A stretch of DNA of 64,000 nucleotides from Candidatus Vogelbacteria bacterium RIFOXYD1_FULL_46_19 (GTDB lineage: Bacteria; Patescibacteriota; Minisyncoccia; Phycocordibacterales; XYD1-FULL-46-19). The first letter of the stretch is position 1. The number at the start of each line of letters is the position of its first letter. The stretch covers positions 6,020-70,019 of the forward strand of contig MHTK01000002.1 of assembly GCA_001824825.1 (NCBI GenBank), read 5' to 3'. This document shows, piece after piece, positions 1 to 8,607 of the stretch. Below the pieces are notes generated by a model. That model was not told where the DNA came from. It worked only from the letters and a program-made list of their open reading frames with translations, and searched no databases. Made by a program: the position numbers and the translations under genes.

Positions 1-570
1 ACCAACCCCGGTGATGTGGTGACTGTCGCTTATGGTTACCGCTGGCGCAAGCACTTTGGACGAGACCAACTCGGCAAACTAATCGAACTACTCCAAAAAG
101 ATCCTAGCTCGAGACACGGCGTGATTGTGACATGGGACCCGGCGAGCGACGGCTTGGGTGGTGTGGCTAGGAAAAATGTCCCTTGCCCTTATACTTTTAC
201 AGTAAATATTATTGGCGGTAAATTGCATCTTCATAACATCATCCGCTCCAATGATATGATGCTTGGTATGCCGGCGGATGTAGCCGGCTTTGCTCTCTTG
301 CAATGTATGCTGGCTCAAAAATTAAACGTTAAACCTGGTATCTACACCCACTCCATTTCTAATGCCCATATTTATGATATCCACTACGCTGGGGCTCAGG
401 AAATTATTGACCGCAAGCATAACCATAAGCCAATCAACTTACACTTACCGGAAAATTCTTTCGATCGAGCTGAGAATCGTGATCCAAAATTGTATCAGGA
501 AATAGTCGACGATCTAGAGGCCCAGTATCACCCAGGTGAACCCATTAGTGGTTTAAAAATAGTTTTGTGA
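1..570 (+). CDS. thyA: Thymidylate synthase, 5'-truncated at window edge
   Basis: The translation matches the ThyA C-terminal half, including the Cys-containing PCPY region and the conserved HxxIRSND motif. The frame is open from base 1 and the stop overlaps the folA start (GTGA). Confidence 0.88.
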   Translation, partial: TNPGDVVTVAYGYRWRKHFGRDQLGKLIELLQKDPSSRHGVIVTWDPASDGLGGVARKNVPCPYTFTVNIIGGKLHLHNIIRSNDMMLGMPADVAGFALLQCMLAQKLNVKPGIYTHSISNAHIYDIHYAGAQEIIDRKHNHKPINLHLPENSFDRAENRDPKLYQEIVDDLEAQYHPGEPISGLKIVL

Positions 571-1064
571 AAACCTTTATTGTGGCCGCCATGTCGGCCG
601 ACGGCTTCATCGCCAAAAATCGAGATGAGGCTTCGACCAGCTGGACCAGTAAAGCCGACAAAAAACATTTTATTGCCCTCACCAAAAAAGCGGGCGTAAT
701 AGTAATGGGAGCGAAAACCTACGAAACTTTCGGGGCCCAGCCCCTGGCCGGTCGCCGTAATATTATCTACTCTCTCGACGTTGAATATGAAGGCGTTGAA
801 ACAACCACCGAACCCCCAGAACAACTACTCCTGCGACTAGAGCGAGAAGGTGTGTCTGAAGTAGCAATTTGTGGTGGGGCATCAATATATACCCTCTTTC
901 TAGATAATAATTTGGTCGACAAATTATATTTGACAGTTGAAGGGGTTATTTTTGGCCAAGGATTAAATTTACTATCAAAAAACTTGCCAAGACAGCTATC
1001 TCTTGTTTCACTTAACAAAATTGGAGACAATACGGTTCTATTAGAATACGACCTAATAAAGTAA
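567..1064 (+). CDS. folA: Dihydrofolate reductase
   Basis: 165 aa with a DHFR-like N-terminus (MKTFIVAAMSADGFIAKN...) and a GVIVMGAKTYE motif. The GTG start overlaps the thyA stop, the classic thyA-folA arrangement. Confidence 0.78.
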   Translation: MKTFIVAAMSADGFIAKNRDEASTSWTSKADKKHFIALTKKAGVIVMGAKTYETFGAQPLAGRRNIIYSLDVEYEGVETTTEPPEQLLLRLEREGVSEVAICGGASIYTLFLDNNLVDKLYLTVEGVIFGQGLNLLSKNLPRQLSLVSLNKIGDNTVLLEYDLIK

Positions 1065-1065
1065 T

Positions 1066-1710
1066 ATGGCTATCCTAACCAAAGACCAGATTTTAAAACG
1101 AATTCAAACTGCTGACCTAAAATTCAAGCCAAGCTTAGATATTTTTCAGCTTCAGGCTCACGCAGTGGATTTGCGTTTGGGCTATACTTTTTTAATCCCC
1201 AAAAAGTGGCACCTAACAAAAGCCGGTCGAGAAGCTTTAAATATCAACTATTTTGATAAAAACAGGCCAGCTTACTTCGACATCATCGAATTAGAGGAAG
1301 GCCAGGTGTTTGACCTGTTGCCGGGAGAATATGTTTTAGTAAGCACTTTGGAATCTATTACTCTGCCAAGAGATATTATGGCAGTGCTTTACCCTCGGTC
1401 TTCCACCAACCGCAAAGGCTTGTCCGTCGATCTAACCGGCATAGTTGACTCAGGTTATGAAGGACAACTAGCCATACCTATTACCAATAACACTGACTCT
1501 CAAGTGATAAAACTTTATCCGGGCGAACGTTTTTGTCAACTTGTGTTTGAACAATTAGACCAAGCGGTGGATGCGCGCCAAAGTCGCTATCACCATAAAG
1601 ACATTATTGAAGGGTTTATTGCCAAGCACCTATCCAAAGACAACACTGAAATAAACTTAATCAAGAAAGGAGAGATAAAAAAACTTAAAAGCCAGTATAA
1701 AATTAAGTAA
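1066..1710 (+). CDS. dcd: dCTP deaminase / dUTPase-fold protein with Lys-rich C-terminal tail
   Basis: 214 aa with dCTP deaminase family motifs (DLRLG, the VLYPRSS...GL region and GYEG). It starts 2 nt after the folA stop. Confidence 0.72.
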   Translation: MAILTKDQILKRIQTADLKFKPSLDIFQLQAHAVDLRLGYTFLIPKKWHLTKAGREALNINYFDKNRPAYFDIIELEEGQVFDLLPGEYVLVSTLESITLPRDIMAVLYPRSSTNRKGLSVDLTGIVDSGYEGQLAIPITNNTDSQVIKLYPGERFCQLVFEQLDQAVDARQSRYHHKDIIEGFIAKHLSKDNTEINLIKKGEIKKLKSQYKIK

Positions 1711-1712
1711 AG

Positions 1713-1740
1713 AAAAACCCCCAGTACTGGGGGTTTTTCT
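1713..1740. terminator. Bidirectional rho-independent terminator between dcd (+) and rplK (-)
   Basis: AAAAACCCCC-agtact-GGGGGTTTTT hairpin flanked by A and T runs. Confidence 0.7.
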
Positions 1741-1839
1741 TTGTGTATATTTTATTTCACCTCCACCCACACATATTTTTCTGCTGAAAAATTGCGCGGG
1801 CCCGCCTCGGCTCGTCAGCCTCCGGCCGGTGGAAGTTGC

Positions 1840-2262
1840 CTATTTCACTTCCACCCCCATCGAACGAGCGGTGCCGGCAATAATTTTAGCAGCCGCGGTC
1901 ACGTCGTTAGCATTCAAATCCGGCATTTTCCTCTCAGCAATTTCATTAATTTGAGCTTTGGTAATAGTGCCAACTTTTTTAGCCACATTTTTACCCGAGC
2001 CTTTCTCGACTCCGATCGCTTTAAGAATCAAACTCGAAGCTGGTGGGGTTTTTAAAACAAAGTCAAAACTCCGGTCTTCATAAACCGAAATTTCAACCGG
2101 GATAATATCCCCTCTCATTTCTTGAGTTTTAGAATTGAACTGATTGACGAACTCGCCAATGTTAATACCAGCCTGACCTAAGGCTGGACCAACCGGTGGC
2201 GCTGGGTTAGCCGCCCCCGCGGGAATCTGCAGTTTTAATTTTTTGATGATTTTTTTAGCCAT
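1840..2262 (-). CDS. rplK: 50S ribosomal protein L11
   Basis: 140 aa with an unmistakable L11 sequence ([30 protein letters not shown]). Confidence 0.95.
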   Translation of the reverse strand: MAKKIIKKLKLQIPAGAANPAPPVGPALGQAGINIGEFVNQFNSKTQEMRGDIIPVEISVYEDRSFDFVLKTPPASSLILKAIGVEKGSGKNVAKKVGTITKAQINEIAERKMPDLNANDVTAAAKIIAGTARSMGVEVK

Positions 2263-2331
2263 AACGATAGAAATCTACCTTATTTTTGTAAAAATGTCCA
2301 ATTCAAGCTGATGAGCGAAAAATTCATTAAT

Positions 2332-2877
2332 CTAAATCTTCTTGACTTGGAGAAAATCCAACTCTACCGGGGTTTCGCGGCCAAACATCGATACCAGGAC
2401 TTTGACCTTGCCACGCTCGGAATCGATCTCGCTAACTTTACCTTCAAAGTCTTTAAACGGACCATCGACAATCACTACCGGCTCCTCTACCGACAAGTCG
2501 ATAGCGTGCTTAGTGGAGTCGTCGCTCATCCGGCGGAACAATTCATCCACTTCCTCTTTAGCGAGCGGCACCGGAATCACTCCCGAACCAATAAAGCCAG
2601 TTACCCGCGGCGTGTTACGTACCACGTACCAAGAATCGTCGGTGACGATCATATCCACCAAGACATAACCGGGGTAAATTTTTTCTTCTTCGGTCACGCG
2701 TTTACCCCCCTTAATTTTTACCTTTTTCTCGCTGGGTACCAAGACATTGAAAATTTTAGTTTCCATCCCCAACGACTCGATGCGTTGTTTTAGGTTTCTC
2801 GCCACCGCATTTTCATAACCGGCGTAAGTATGAATAGCATACCAATTACGCCCTTGGTCTAGTTCTTGTTTAGCCAT
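2332..2877 (-). CDS. nusG: Transcription termination/antitermination factor NusG
   Basis: 181 aa with a NusG NGN domain (WYAIHTYAGYENAV) and a KOW motif near the C-terminus. It lies directly upstream of rplK as in the conserved cluster. Confidence 0.9.
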   Translation of the reverse strand: MAKQELDQGRNWYAIHTYAGYENAVARNLKQRIESLGMETKIFNVLVPSEKKVKIKGGKRVTEEEKIYPGYVLVDMIVTDDSWYVVRNTPRVTGFIGSGVIPVPLAKEEVDELFRRMSDDSTKHAIDLSVEEPVVIVDGPFKDFEGKVSEIDSERGKVKVLVSMFGRETPVELDFLQVKKI

Positions 2878-2881
2878 AGGT

Positions 2882-3061
2882 TTAGATTAAAAAATTTCTT
2901 AAAATAGTAGTGAAAATAAAATCAAAAGCCCCCAAGTAAAATCCAATGACAAAAGCAATCGCAATCACAATCGTCGTATAAGCAATCGCCTGATTTTTGG
3001 TCGGCCAGTTCACGTGCTTGAGTTCTCCCTTGGTGGACTTAAGATAGTCGATGAATGACAT
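2882..3061 (-). CDS. secE: Preprotein translocase subunit SecE (59 aa, below the ORF-track size cut-off)
   Basis: Hand translation gives MSFIDYLKSTKGELKHVNWPTKNQAIAYTTIVIAIAFVIGFYLGAFDFIFTTILRNFLI. It has the SecE-like K..V.WP motif plus a single TM segment and sits in the canonical position upstream of nusG. Confidence 0.6.
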   Translation of the reverse strand: MSFIDYLKSTKGELKHVNWPTKNQAIAYTTIVIAIAFVIGFYLGAFDFIFTTILRNFLI

Positions 3062-3081
3062 AAATTAGAAATTATCGCTGT

Positions 3082-3105
3082 AATAAAAAAGCCCCGCGGG
3101 GCCCT
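3082..3105 (-). terminator. Rho-independent terminator (minus strand)
   Basis: GCCCCGCGGGGC hairpin followed on the minus strand by a T run (A7 on the plus strand at 3084-3090). Confidence 0.5.
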
Positions 3106-3284
3106 TTCATACTACAAGGCTATCAAGGGAAAGTCAACCCTGTGAAATAGGTAGTTTAAAGTCTCACTGTAAGCTCATAGTGATTCGGAGTACTAAATAT
3201 AAGCACAATATTCCGATGGCTTATTTCACAGGGTCAACTCCAGCACCAATGCCTTAGTTGGTGCTGGGTGTCCCAACACTTCTT

Positions 3285-4712
3285 TTAACTCACACTAGGT
3301 AAGTCGCCTCGGCGGTAGCGCGTTAGGGGCAACTTGTTCAGCTGATTTAAAATAGGTGTAATAAATTGCCACGATGCAATAATTTCGCCGCGAGTAGGAA
3401 AGAGGGTACTGTCCCCCATCAAGGCGTCAAACAACAGCCGCTCATAGTCGGAAGGTATCAGCCGATCGGGCCAGCCGGTCGCATAAGCAAACTCCAGGTT
3501 TTTTTCTGTGACCAGATAGTCTAAACCCGGCTCTTTAGCCAGAAGCGACAGTGCCACCCCTTCGTTGGGTTGAATGGTGAAAGTTAAGACATTACCCACC
3601 TCTCCACTCTCCACCTCTACCGGTATCAACTTTAAATTTTTAAAGTAAATTTTGATCTCGGTTTTTTTAACCGGTAAACCTTTGCCACTTTCTAAAGTAA
3701 ATGGAACACCACGTAAGGGGCCAGTGGTTACAGTGGCGTTAATTTTAAAATAAGTTTCCGTAGTTGAGTAAGGAGCCACTCCGGACTCATTTAAGTATCC
3801 CTCATATTGGCCCCGTTGCACCGACTCTTTAAAATCAGAATGGGCCAGTTTTAAACCTTTTAATACTCTCTCCCGAGCCGCTCTAATACTAGCGGCTGTC
3901 AGGGTAGCCGGTGTCTCCATCGCCACCAAAGCGAGCATTTGCAGTAAATGATTCTGACCCACATCCCGTAAGGCTCCCACCTCGTCATAAAAAGACCCCC
4001 GACCCACTATTCCTTCTTGCTCTAAGAGACGCACCTCTACGCGGACAATGTGCCCGCGATTCCAAATATTGGCAAATAAGGGGTTGGCCAATCTAAAAGT
4101 AATAATATTTTGCAAAGTCTCCTTGGCTAAATAATGATCAATCCGAAAAATTTGATCCTCGGTAAAAATATTCTTAAGTTGGCGTTCTAAAGATCTGGCG
4201 GTTCCTAAATCACGACCAAAAGGCTTTTCCACCAAAAAACGCGTCCAGCCGGTACCAGCCCGCGCGCTTTCGCAAGCTTTAGCCAAGTGACTCTTTTTAA
4301 TTAACGGGAAAATCGTCGGATAAAGCGCTGGGGGCACGGCAAGGTAAAATAGCTTATTAGTACAAACACCTAAACTGTTATCTAAAGACTTAAGTTGTTC
4401 GCCTAAGCGCTCGTAAGCCGCCGGGTCGTCAAATTGGCCCTGCTCCAATACTATCAACTTTAAAAATTTTTTAAGACTAGTTGAACTCGCCCCACGGTGA
4501 TACTTGGTGAGACTGTCTTGAATCAAAGTTTGAAATTCCAGTTTAGATAAGTCACGCCGCATAAACCCCACCAGCCGGAACTGGCTGGGCAGCAACCCCT
4601 TTAGATATAAATCGAAAATGGCCGGCAACAGTTTACGCCGGGCTAAATCACCGGTAATACCAAAAACCACCACAATGGTGGGAGGTAAGGGCGTGGTTTT
4701 TGGTCTGGTCAT
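3285..4712 (-). CDS. zwf: Glucose-6-phosphate 1-dehydrogenase
   Basis: 475 aa with the G6PD signature RIDHYLAKE, an EKPFG motif and an N-terminal NADP-binding GITGDLA region. Confidence 0.9.
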   Translation of the reverse strand: MTRPKTTPLPPTIVVVFGITGDLARRKLLPAIFDLYLKGLLPSQFRLVGFMRRDLSKLEFQTLIQDSLTKYHRGASSTSLKKFLKLIVLEQGQFDDPAAYERLGEQLKSLDNSLGVCTNKLFYLAVPPALYPTIFPLIKKSHLAKACESARAGTGWTRFLVEKPFGRDLGTARSLERQLKNIFTEDQIFRIDHYLAKETLQNIITFRLANPLFANIWNRGHIVRVEVRLLEQEGIVGRGSFYDEVGALRDVGQNHLLQMLALVAMETPATLTAASIRAARERVLKGLKLAHSDFKESVQRGQYEGYLNESGVAPYSTTETYFKINATVTTGPLRGVPFTLESGKGLPVKKTEIKIYFKNLKLIPVEVESGEVGNVLTFTIQPNEGVALSLLAKEPGLDYLVTEKNLEFAYATGWPDRLIPSDYERLLFDALMGDSTLFPTRGEIIASWQFITPILNQLNKLPLTRYRRGDLPSVS

Positions 4713-4744
4713 AAAACTTATTCTACCACCTCACTTCTAGATCG

Positions 4745-4966
4745 CTAAGCCGACGCCTCAGTCGAGGTGACAGTCGAATCCGGTCCTTGGGGCACTATAA
4801 GAATGGCTAGTAAGTAGCCAATAACACCAGGAAAAATACCCGTCATTAAAACAATTAAAATAAAAATAACGCGCAGTAAAACCGGGTCAATACTAGAATA
4901 CTCCCCCAAGCCACCCAAGACCCCAGCCACTGTTCGATCTTTTTGGCTACGATAAAGTTTTTTCAT
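4745..4966 (-). CDS. PspC-domain small membrane protein
   Basis: 73 aa. The motif LYRSQKDRTVAGVLGGLGEY followed by a TM helix is typical of the PspC domain. Confidence 0.6.
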   Translation of the reverse strand: MKKLYRSQKDRTVAGVLGGLGEYSSIDPVLLRVIFILIVLMTGIFPGVIGYLLAILIVPQGPDSTVTSTEASA

Positions 4967-5091
4967 AGATTCTTTAAATTTAGACTTTAATAATTATAGA
5001 TTTACTCTTTTTAAGCCGAAAAGCAAGGTCTACTTGCTAGTTTTTTTAAGAAGCCCCCGCCGTCGAGTGACGTCGGGGGCGATAGGTGCTC

Positions 5092-5409
5092 TTACACCAC
5101 ATGGCCGCAGCGAGCTAAGCTCTGGCGTATAATCGATAGATTCGACCTGGTCCTAGCATCGGTAATCCAGGGTGGCAAAGTCGCATCTCGATCAAGGCAA
5201 AACTGACGTGGAAGCGTAGGATGAGCAAGAATTACTCCCGCCCCTTTACCGCCCCAGTCTTTGGCCGGCCACACCTTGACCAATTTCAGATTTGAAGCAA
5301 GGATAAGATCCACGACTTCTGGCGGTAAAACAGGAGCCGGCCGAGCCAACTTACCCCTTCGAACCTCCAGTACATTTGGGTCTACCACATCCTTGTCCGG
5401 AGTATACAT
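5092..5409 (-). CDS. Hypothetical protein
   Basis: 105 aa ORF with no recognisable motif. Its GC is somewhat higher than its neighbours. Confidence 0.35.
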   Translation of the reverse strand: MYTPDKDVVDPNVLEVRRGKLARPAPVLPPEVVDLILASNLKLVKVWPAKDWGGKGAGVILAHPTLPRQFCLDRDATLPPWITDARTRSNLSIIRQSLARCGHVV

Positions 5410-5472
5410 AACTCACCTCCCTAAGTTGAGTCCTATTTCTACTCTTAATAAACCAGAAAACTCATGCGCTGT

Positions 5473-6477
5473 CTATATTCCCAAGGTCCGACCTAGGGAA
5501 GTAGCCACTTTGGCTTTAGCTTCGGCTAGGGGCATTAAAAGCAGTGCCCCGGCGGCGGCCCGATGCCCGCCGCCGCCGAAGGTGGCGGCAATTTTAGACA
5601 CATCAACCAGGTCGGGGTTCTTAGACCGGAGGGATAATCTAACTCGTCCCAGCTCCTTTTCCACCAAAGTGGCAACCACTACATAATCCCTAACCAAAAG
5701 TAAGTCCCCCGAAATCGACAAGCCTTCCGTATCGGCGTAATTAATCCCCGCTGACTCCAAATCAGAAAAACTTAAAGCTACCATCCCCGCTCGTCCCCCA
5801 GCCACTTCCTCAGCCGAATTAAGAGCTAAGCCCCAATACCGCAAAGCGCCCTTGGTCATACTCCGCTCCAGGTCTAAAACCACTCGGGTAGCTTGGGGAT
5901 TCACTTTTAAAAGTTCCGCCCCCACCTCGAGTGTACGCGGGGTCACTTCCGGATATTTAAAACCCCCGGTGTCACTATACAGGCCAGCGTATAAATTGGC
6001 CGCCATAGTAGCAGTCAAGGCCACATGCCAAGCGGTTAGTAATTCAAAAATTATCTCAGCGGTGGCTGGCCGCGACGAATCGATTAAGTTGATCTGACCA
6101 AAGCCGGGATTGGAGATGTGATGATCAATCACTACTGTCTTTAAGTGAGACGGAAACACTACCGCCCCCTTTTTAGAAATCATATTAACTGAAGCGGAAT
6201 CCAAAATTAAAAACAAATCAAACTGGCCCACCTCAATATCGGAGTAAGCGGTCGGGATAATAGTTTCAAAACCTGGCAAAGCGGCAAGTGACGGGGATAA
6301 ATCCGAATCACCACCAATGGCCACCACCTCCTTACCCAAACTACGACACGCTTCAGCGAGAGCCAGCACCGACCCGGCCGAATCAGGGTCCGGACTCGGG
6401 TGTAAATGCAGCAATATCCGGTTTGAATTTTTAATAGCGTTTAGAATCTCGTCGGCAATTTTGAAAAAATCATTCAT
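5473..6477 (-). CDS. nrnA: DHH-family phosphoesterase (NrnA-like oligoribonuclease / pAp phosphatase)
   Basis: 334 aa with a DHH motif (VVIDHHISN) and a C-terminal DHHA1 GGGH motif (FGGGGHRAAAG). Confidence 0.8.
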   Translation of the reverse strand: MNDFFKIADEILNAIKNSNRILLHLHPSPDPDSAGSVLALAEACRSLGKEVVAIGGDSDLSPSLAALPGFETIIPTAYSDIEVGQFDLFLILDSASVNMISKKGAVVFPSHLKTVVIDHHISNPGFGQINLIDSSRPATAEIIFELLTAWHVALTATMAANLYAGLYSDTGGFKYPEVTPRTLEVGAELLKVNPQATRVVLDLERSMTKGALRYWGLALNSAEEVAGGRAGMVALSFSDLESAGINYADTEGLSISGDLLLVRDYVVVATLVEKELGRVRLSLRSKNPDLVDVSKIAATFGGGGHRAAAGALLLMPLAEAKAKVATSLGRTLGI

Positions 6478-6543
6478 AAGTAAAAAACTAGTTTTTAAAC
6501 AAGCCCTTGAATTATAACCTATCCGAGGGTAGCCTATAAATCA

Positions 6544-7395
6544 ATGCCCCTCGTTCAACAATACCCCGCTCTACAGTGCCTGGCCACCGCCTGCGATAAT
6601 TTAAATATTCCGTATCGCTACCTAGACCGCCATCACAACTTTATTGAAGTTAAACCGGCCGGCTCTTTGTCTCTATTTTTTGCCAACGCCGCCACTCCCT
6701 TTAACTCTGATGTGGTAAACCGTATCTGTGCGGACAAAGAATTTACCTACCTCCTGCTAAACGAAGTGATCGCGATGCCGGCCACGCTTGGCTTTTTCAA
6801 CCCGGATTCACTCGATATTTACGAACTTTATCGCAATGTTAAATCAAGGACAGAAATTATTGAAACCATCCAACAAAATTTTTCTTGGCCCCTAATAATG
6901 AAACGGAACGCCGGCCAACAAGGCAACAATGTTTTTCTCTGCCCCACCGAAAAAGATTTACATCGCGCTCTAAAAAAAATCTACAATCCCAAGTCCCAGC
7001 AGTACGACTACGTGGCCCTGGCCCAAGAGTACATCAAACCAAAAGCGGAGTACCGCTTGATTTTCTTCCGTGAGAAACTTTTACTTGCTTATGAAAAAAG
7101 CATAGTCGGCGCCACCTTTAATGGCAATCTAAGCCCCCTACACTGGGACCAAGCCCAGGCAATACCAATTGAAGACCAAGCTCAGTTGGCCGCTTTAGCG
7201 GATTTCGCCCAACCTATTTTTGCGCCCTTGCCGGTCACTTTTGCCGGCTTAGACGTCATTGAAGACGAACAAGGTAAATTGTGGCTAATTGAAATCAATA
7301 CCCGGCCGGGCTTTAAATTTTTCATTCATTCCAACGGTGAACAACCCTTAATTGAGATGTATGAAAAAATTCTTCAGGCGATCTTGGCCCACTAA
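6544..7395 (+). CDS. ATP-grasp domain protein (RimK/GshB-like ligase, specificity unknown)
   Basis: 283 aa with ATP-grasp C-terminal motifs (KLWLIEINTRPGF) and a lysine-rich nucleotide-binding region. Confidence 0.62.
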   Translation: MPLVQQYPALQCLATACDNLNIPYRYLDRHHNFIEVKPAGSLSLFFANAATPFNSDVVNRICADKEFTYLLLNEVIAMPATLGFFNPDSLDIYELYRNVKSRTEIIETIQQNFSWPLIMKRNAGQQGNNVFLCPTEKDLHRALKKIYNPKSQQYDYVALAQEYIKPKAEYRLIFFREKLLLAYEKSIVGATFNGNLSPLHWDQAQAIPIEDQAQLAALADFAQPIFAPLPVTFAGLDVIEDEQGKLWLIEINTRPGFKFFIHSNGEQPLIEMYEKILQAILAH

Positions 7396-7399
7396 AAAA

Positions 7400-8005
7400 T
7401 TATTTAAACTTTAAGCGAGGTTTCCAATACAGCATCACGGCCATAAAGATTGCTCCCACCGCATTAAACACTAAATCGAGACCAGTATTAAAGTACCCAC
7501 CCACCCCGGTCGACGGCATAAAAACGACAGCGGCAAATTCCACCAATTCATTAATCGCCCCCAAGCCCAAGCCGCCCAAAGCGGCTATAAAAACTAAAAG
7601 CCCCCGACTACCCGTAAAATACCGCTTCGTGATTTCATACATCACCAAAGTCGCCACGGCAAAGCCAAAAGCGTGAACCACTTGGTCAAATTTTAGAATG
7701 AAAAACTCACCGCCTCGATCCACCAAAGGCAGTAAGCGATAAGCGTATAAAACGTCGCCAGCCACCAGCACACTCCCCCCGGCCATATGTAAGAGCCCCC
7801 AGAGTGATAAGCCCCAGATTGACCAGTGACTAAGTCTGGTGTATTTAATCGTGCCTAATATTAGGGCAAAAAATAAAACAGTGACCGCCACGTACCAAAT
7901 AAACTCTGCATCGCCCTTGAAAATATAATAGACACTAAAAACAAGTAAGTAACCACTGGTAAAAACTAAGGGTCGCCAAAACTGATACCATAATTTTTTA
8001 GTCAT
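7400..8005 (-). CDS. Polytopic membrane protein (hypothetical)
   Basis: 201 aa with multiple hydrophobic helices. It overlaps the next gene by 8 nt, so the two are likely co-transcribed. Confidence 0.5.
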   Translation of the reverse strand: MTKKLWYQFWRPLVFTSGYLLVFSVYYIFKGDAEFIWYVAVTVLFFALILGTIKYTRLSHWSIWGLSLWGLLHMAGGSVLVAGDVLYAYRLLPLVDRGGEFFILKFDQVVHAFGFAVATLVMYEITKRYFTGSRGLLVFIAALGGLGLGAINELVEFAAVVFMPSTGVGGYFNTGLDLVFNAVGAIFMAVMLYWKPRLKFK

Positions 8006-8471
8006 ATTTATTACATAATGGACAAAGGACTTTCCACAAGCGAGCTAAGGCTAGGGCCACCGACCCGGTTAAAGCCAGCTGGACCGTGGGCGACCAACCC
8101 ACTTTAAAGACCGGCACCAGAGGCATTAGATCGTTATAAGCCCAGCGGCCAGTATAAAGAGCAAAGAGTTCGAACCCGACAGCAAAGATAAGAGCTAAAA
8201 CAGAGAGCCAGATTAACTCTTTTTTAATATCCCGCCCACCAACCAAGAACCTAGCTATAGCGGCCAAAAAGGTAATCACCACGGCATCAAACACAGCCGC
8301 CCGCAGTAAAATGAAAATGGTAATCGATTCCCCTTGGTAGTGGGTATACAAAACCTCATGTGTGAGCTCCCAGCCAGCATTAAAAATAAAAGCGGCCGAC
8401 CAAACAGCAATAAACTCCACAACTATATGGGGTCTAAAAGTAAGCGCTAGAACCTTGGTGGTATTACACAT
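7998..8471 (-). CDS. Polytopic membrane protein (hypothetical)
   Basis: 157 aa with 4-5 predicted TM helices. It is translationally coupled to the 7400..8005 gene. Confidence 0.5.
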   Translation of the reverse strand: MCNTTKVLALTFRPHIVVEFIAVWSAAFIFNAGWELTHEVLYTHYQGESITIFILLRAAVFDAVVITFLAAIARFLVGGRDIKKELIWLSVLALIFAVGFELFALYTGRWAYNDLMPLVPVFKVGWSPTVQLALTGSVALALARLWKVLCPLCNKYD

Positions 8472-8607
8472 CCTATCAATTATATAAGATTTTTTAGTAG
8501 GATACCTCTACCCTATTAACAATAGACCAACGACAAGTAAGTTCAAGTGTATTAAAATGTAAATACTAAATATAAGATCTCTTATTTCGATCAATAAAAG
8601 ATATTCT

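Noticed and set aside
1741-2793. ORF-track entries 1741..2055(+), 2311..2793(+) and 2342..2668(+)
   Set aside because: They lie antisense to the clear rplK and nusG genes and cross the terminator. Their low-complexity translations have no motifs, so they are shadow ORFs.
3062-3290. Expected tRNA-Trp between secE and the upstream gene
   Set aside because: Both strands were searched for a T-loop (GTTCGA/TCGAAC) and a cloverleaf and none was found. The region is instead a hairpin-rich spacer.
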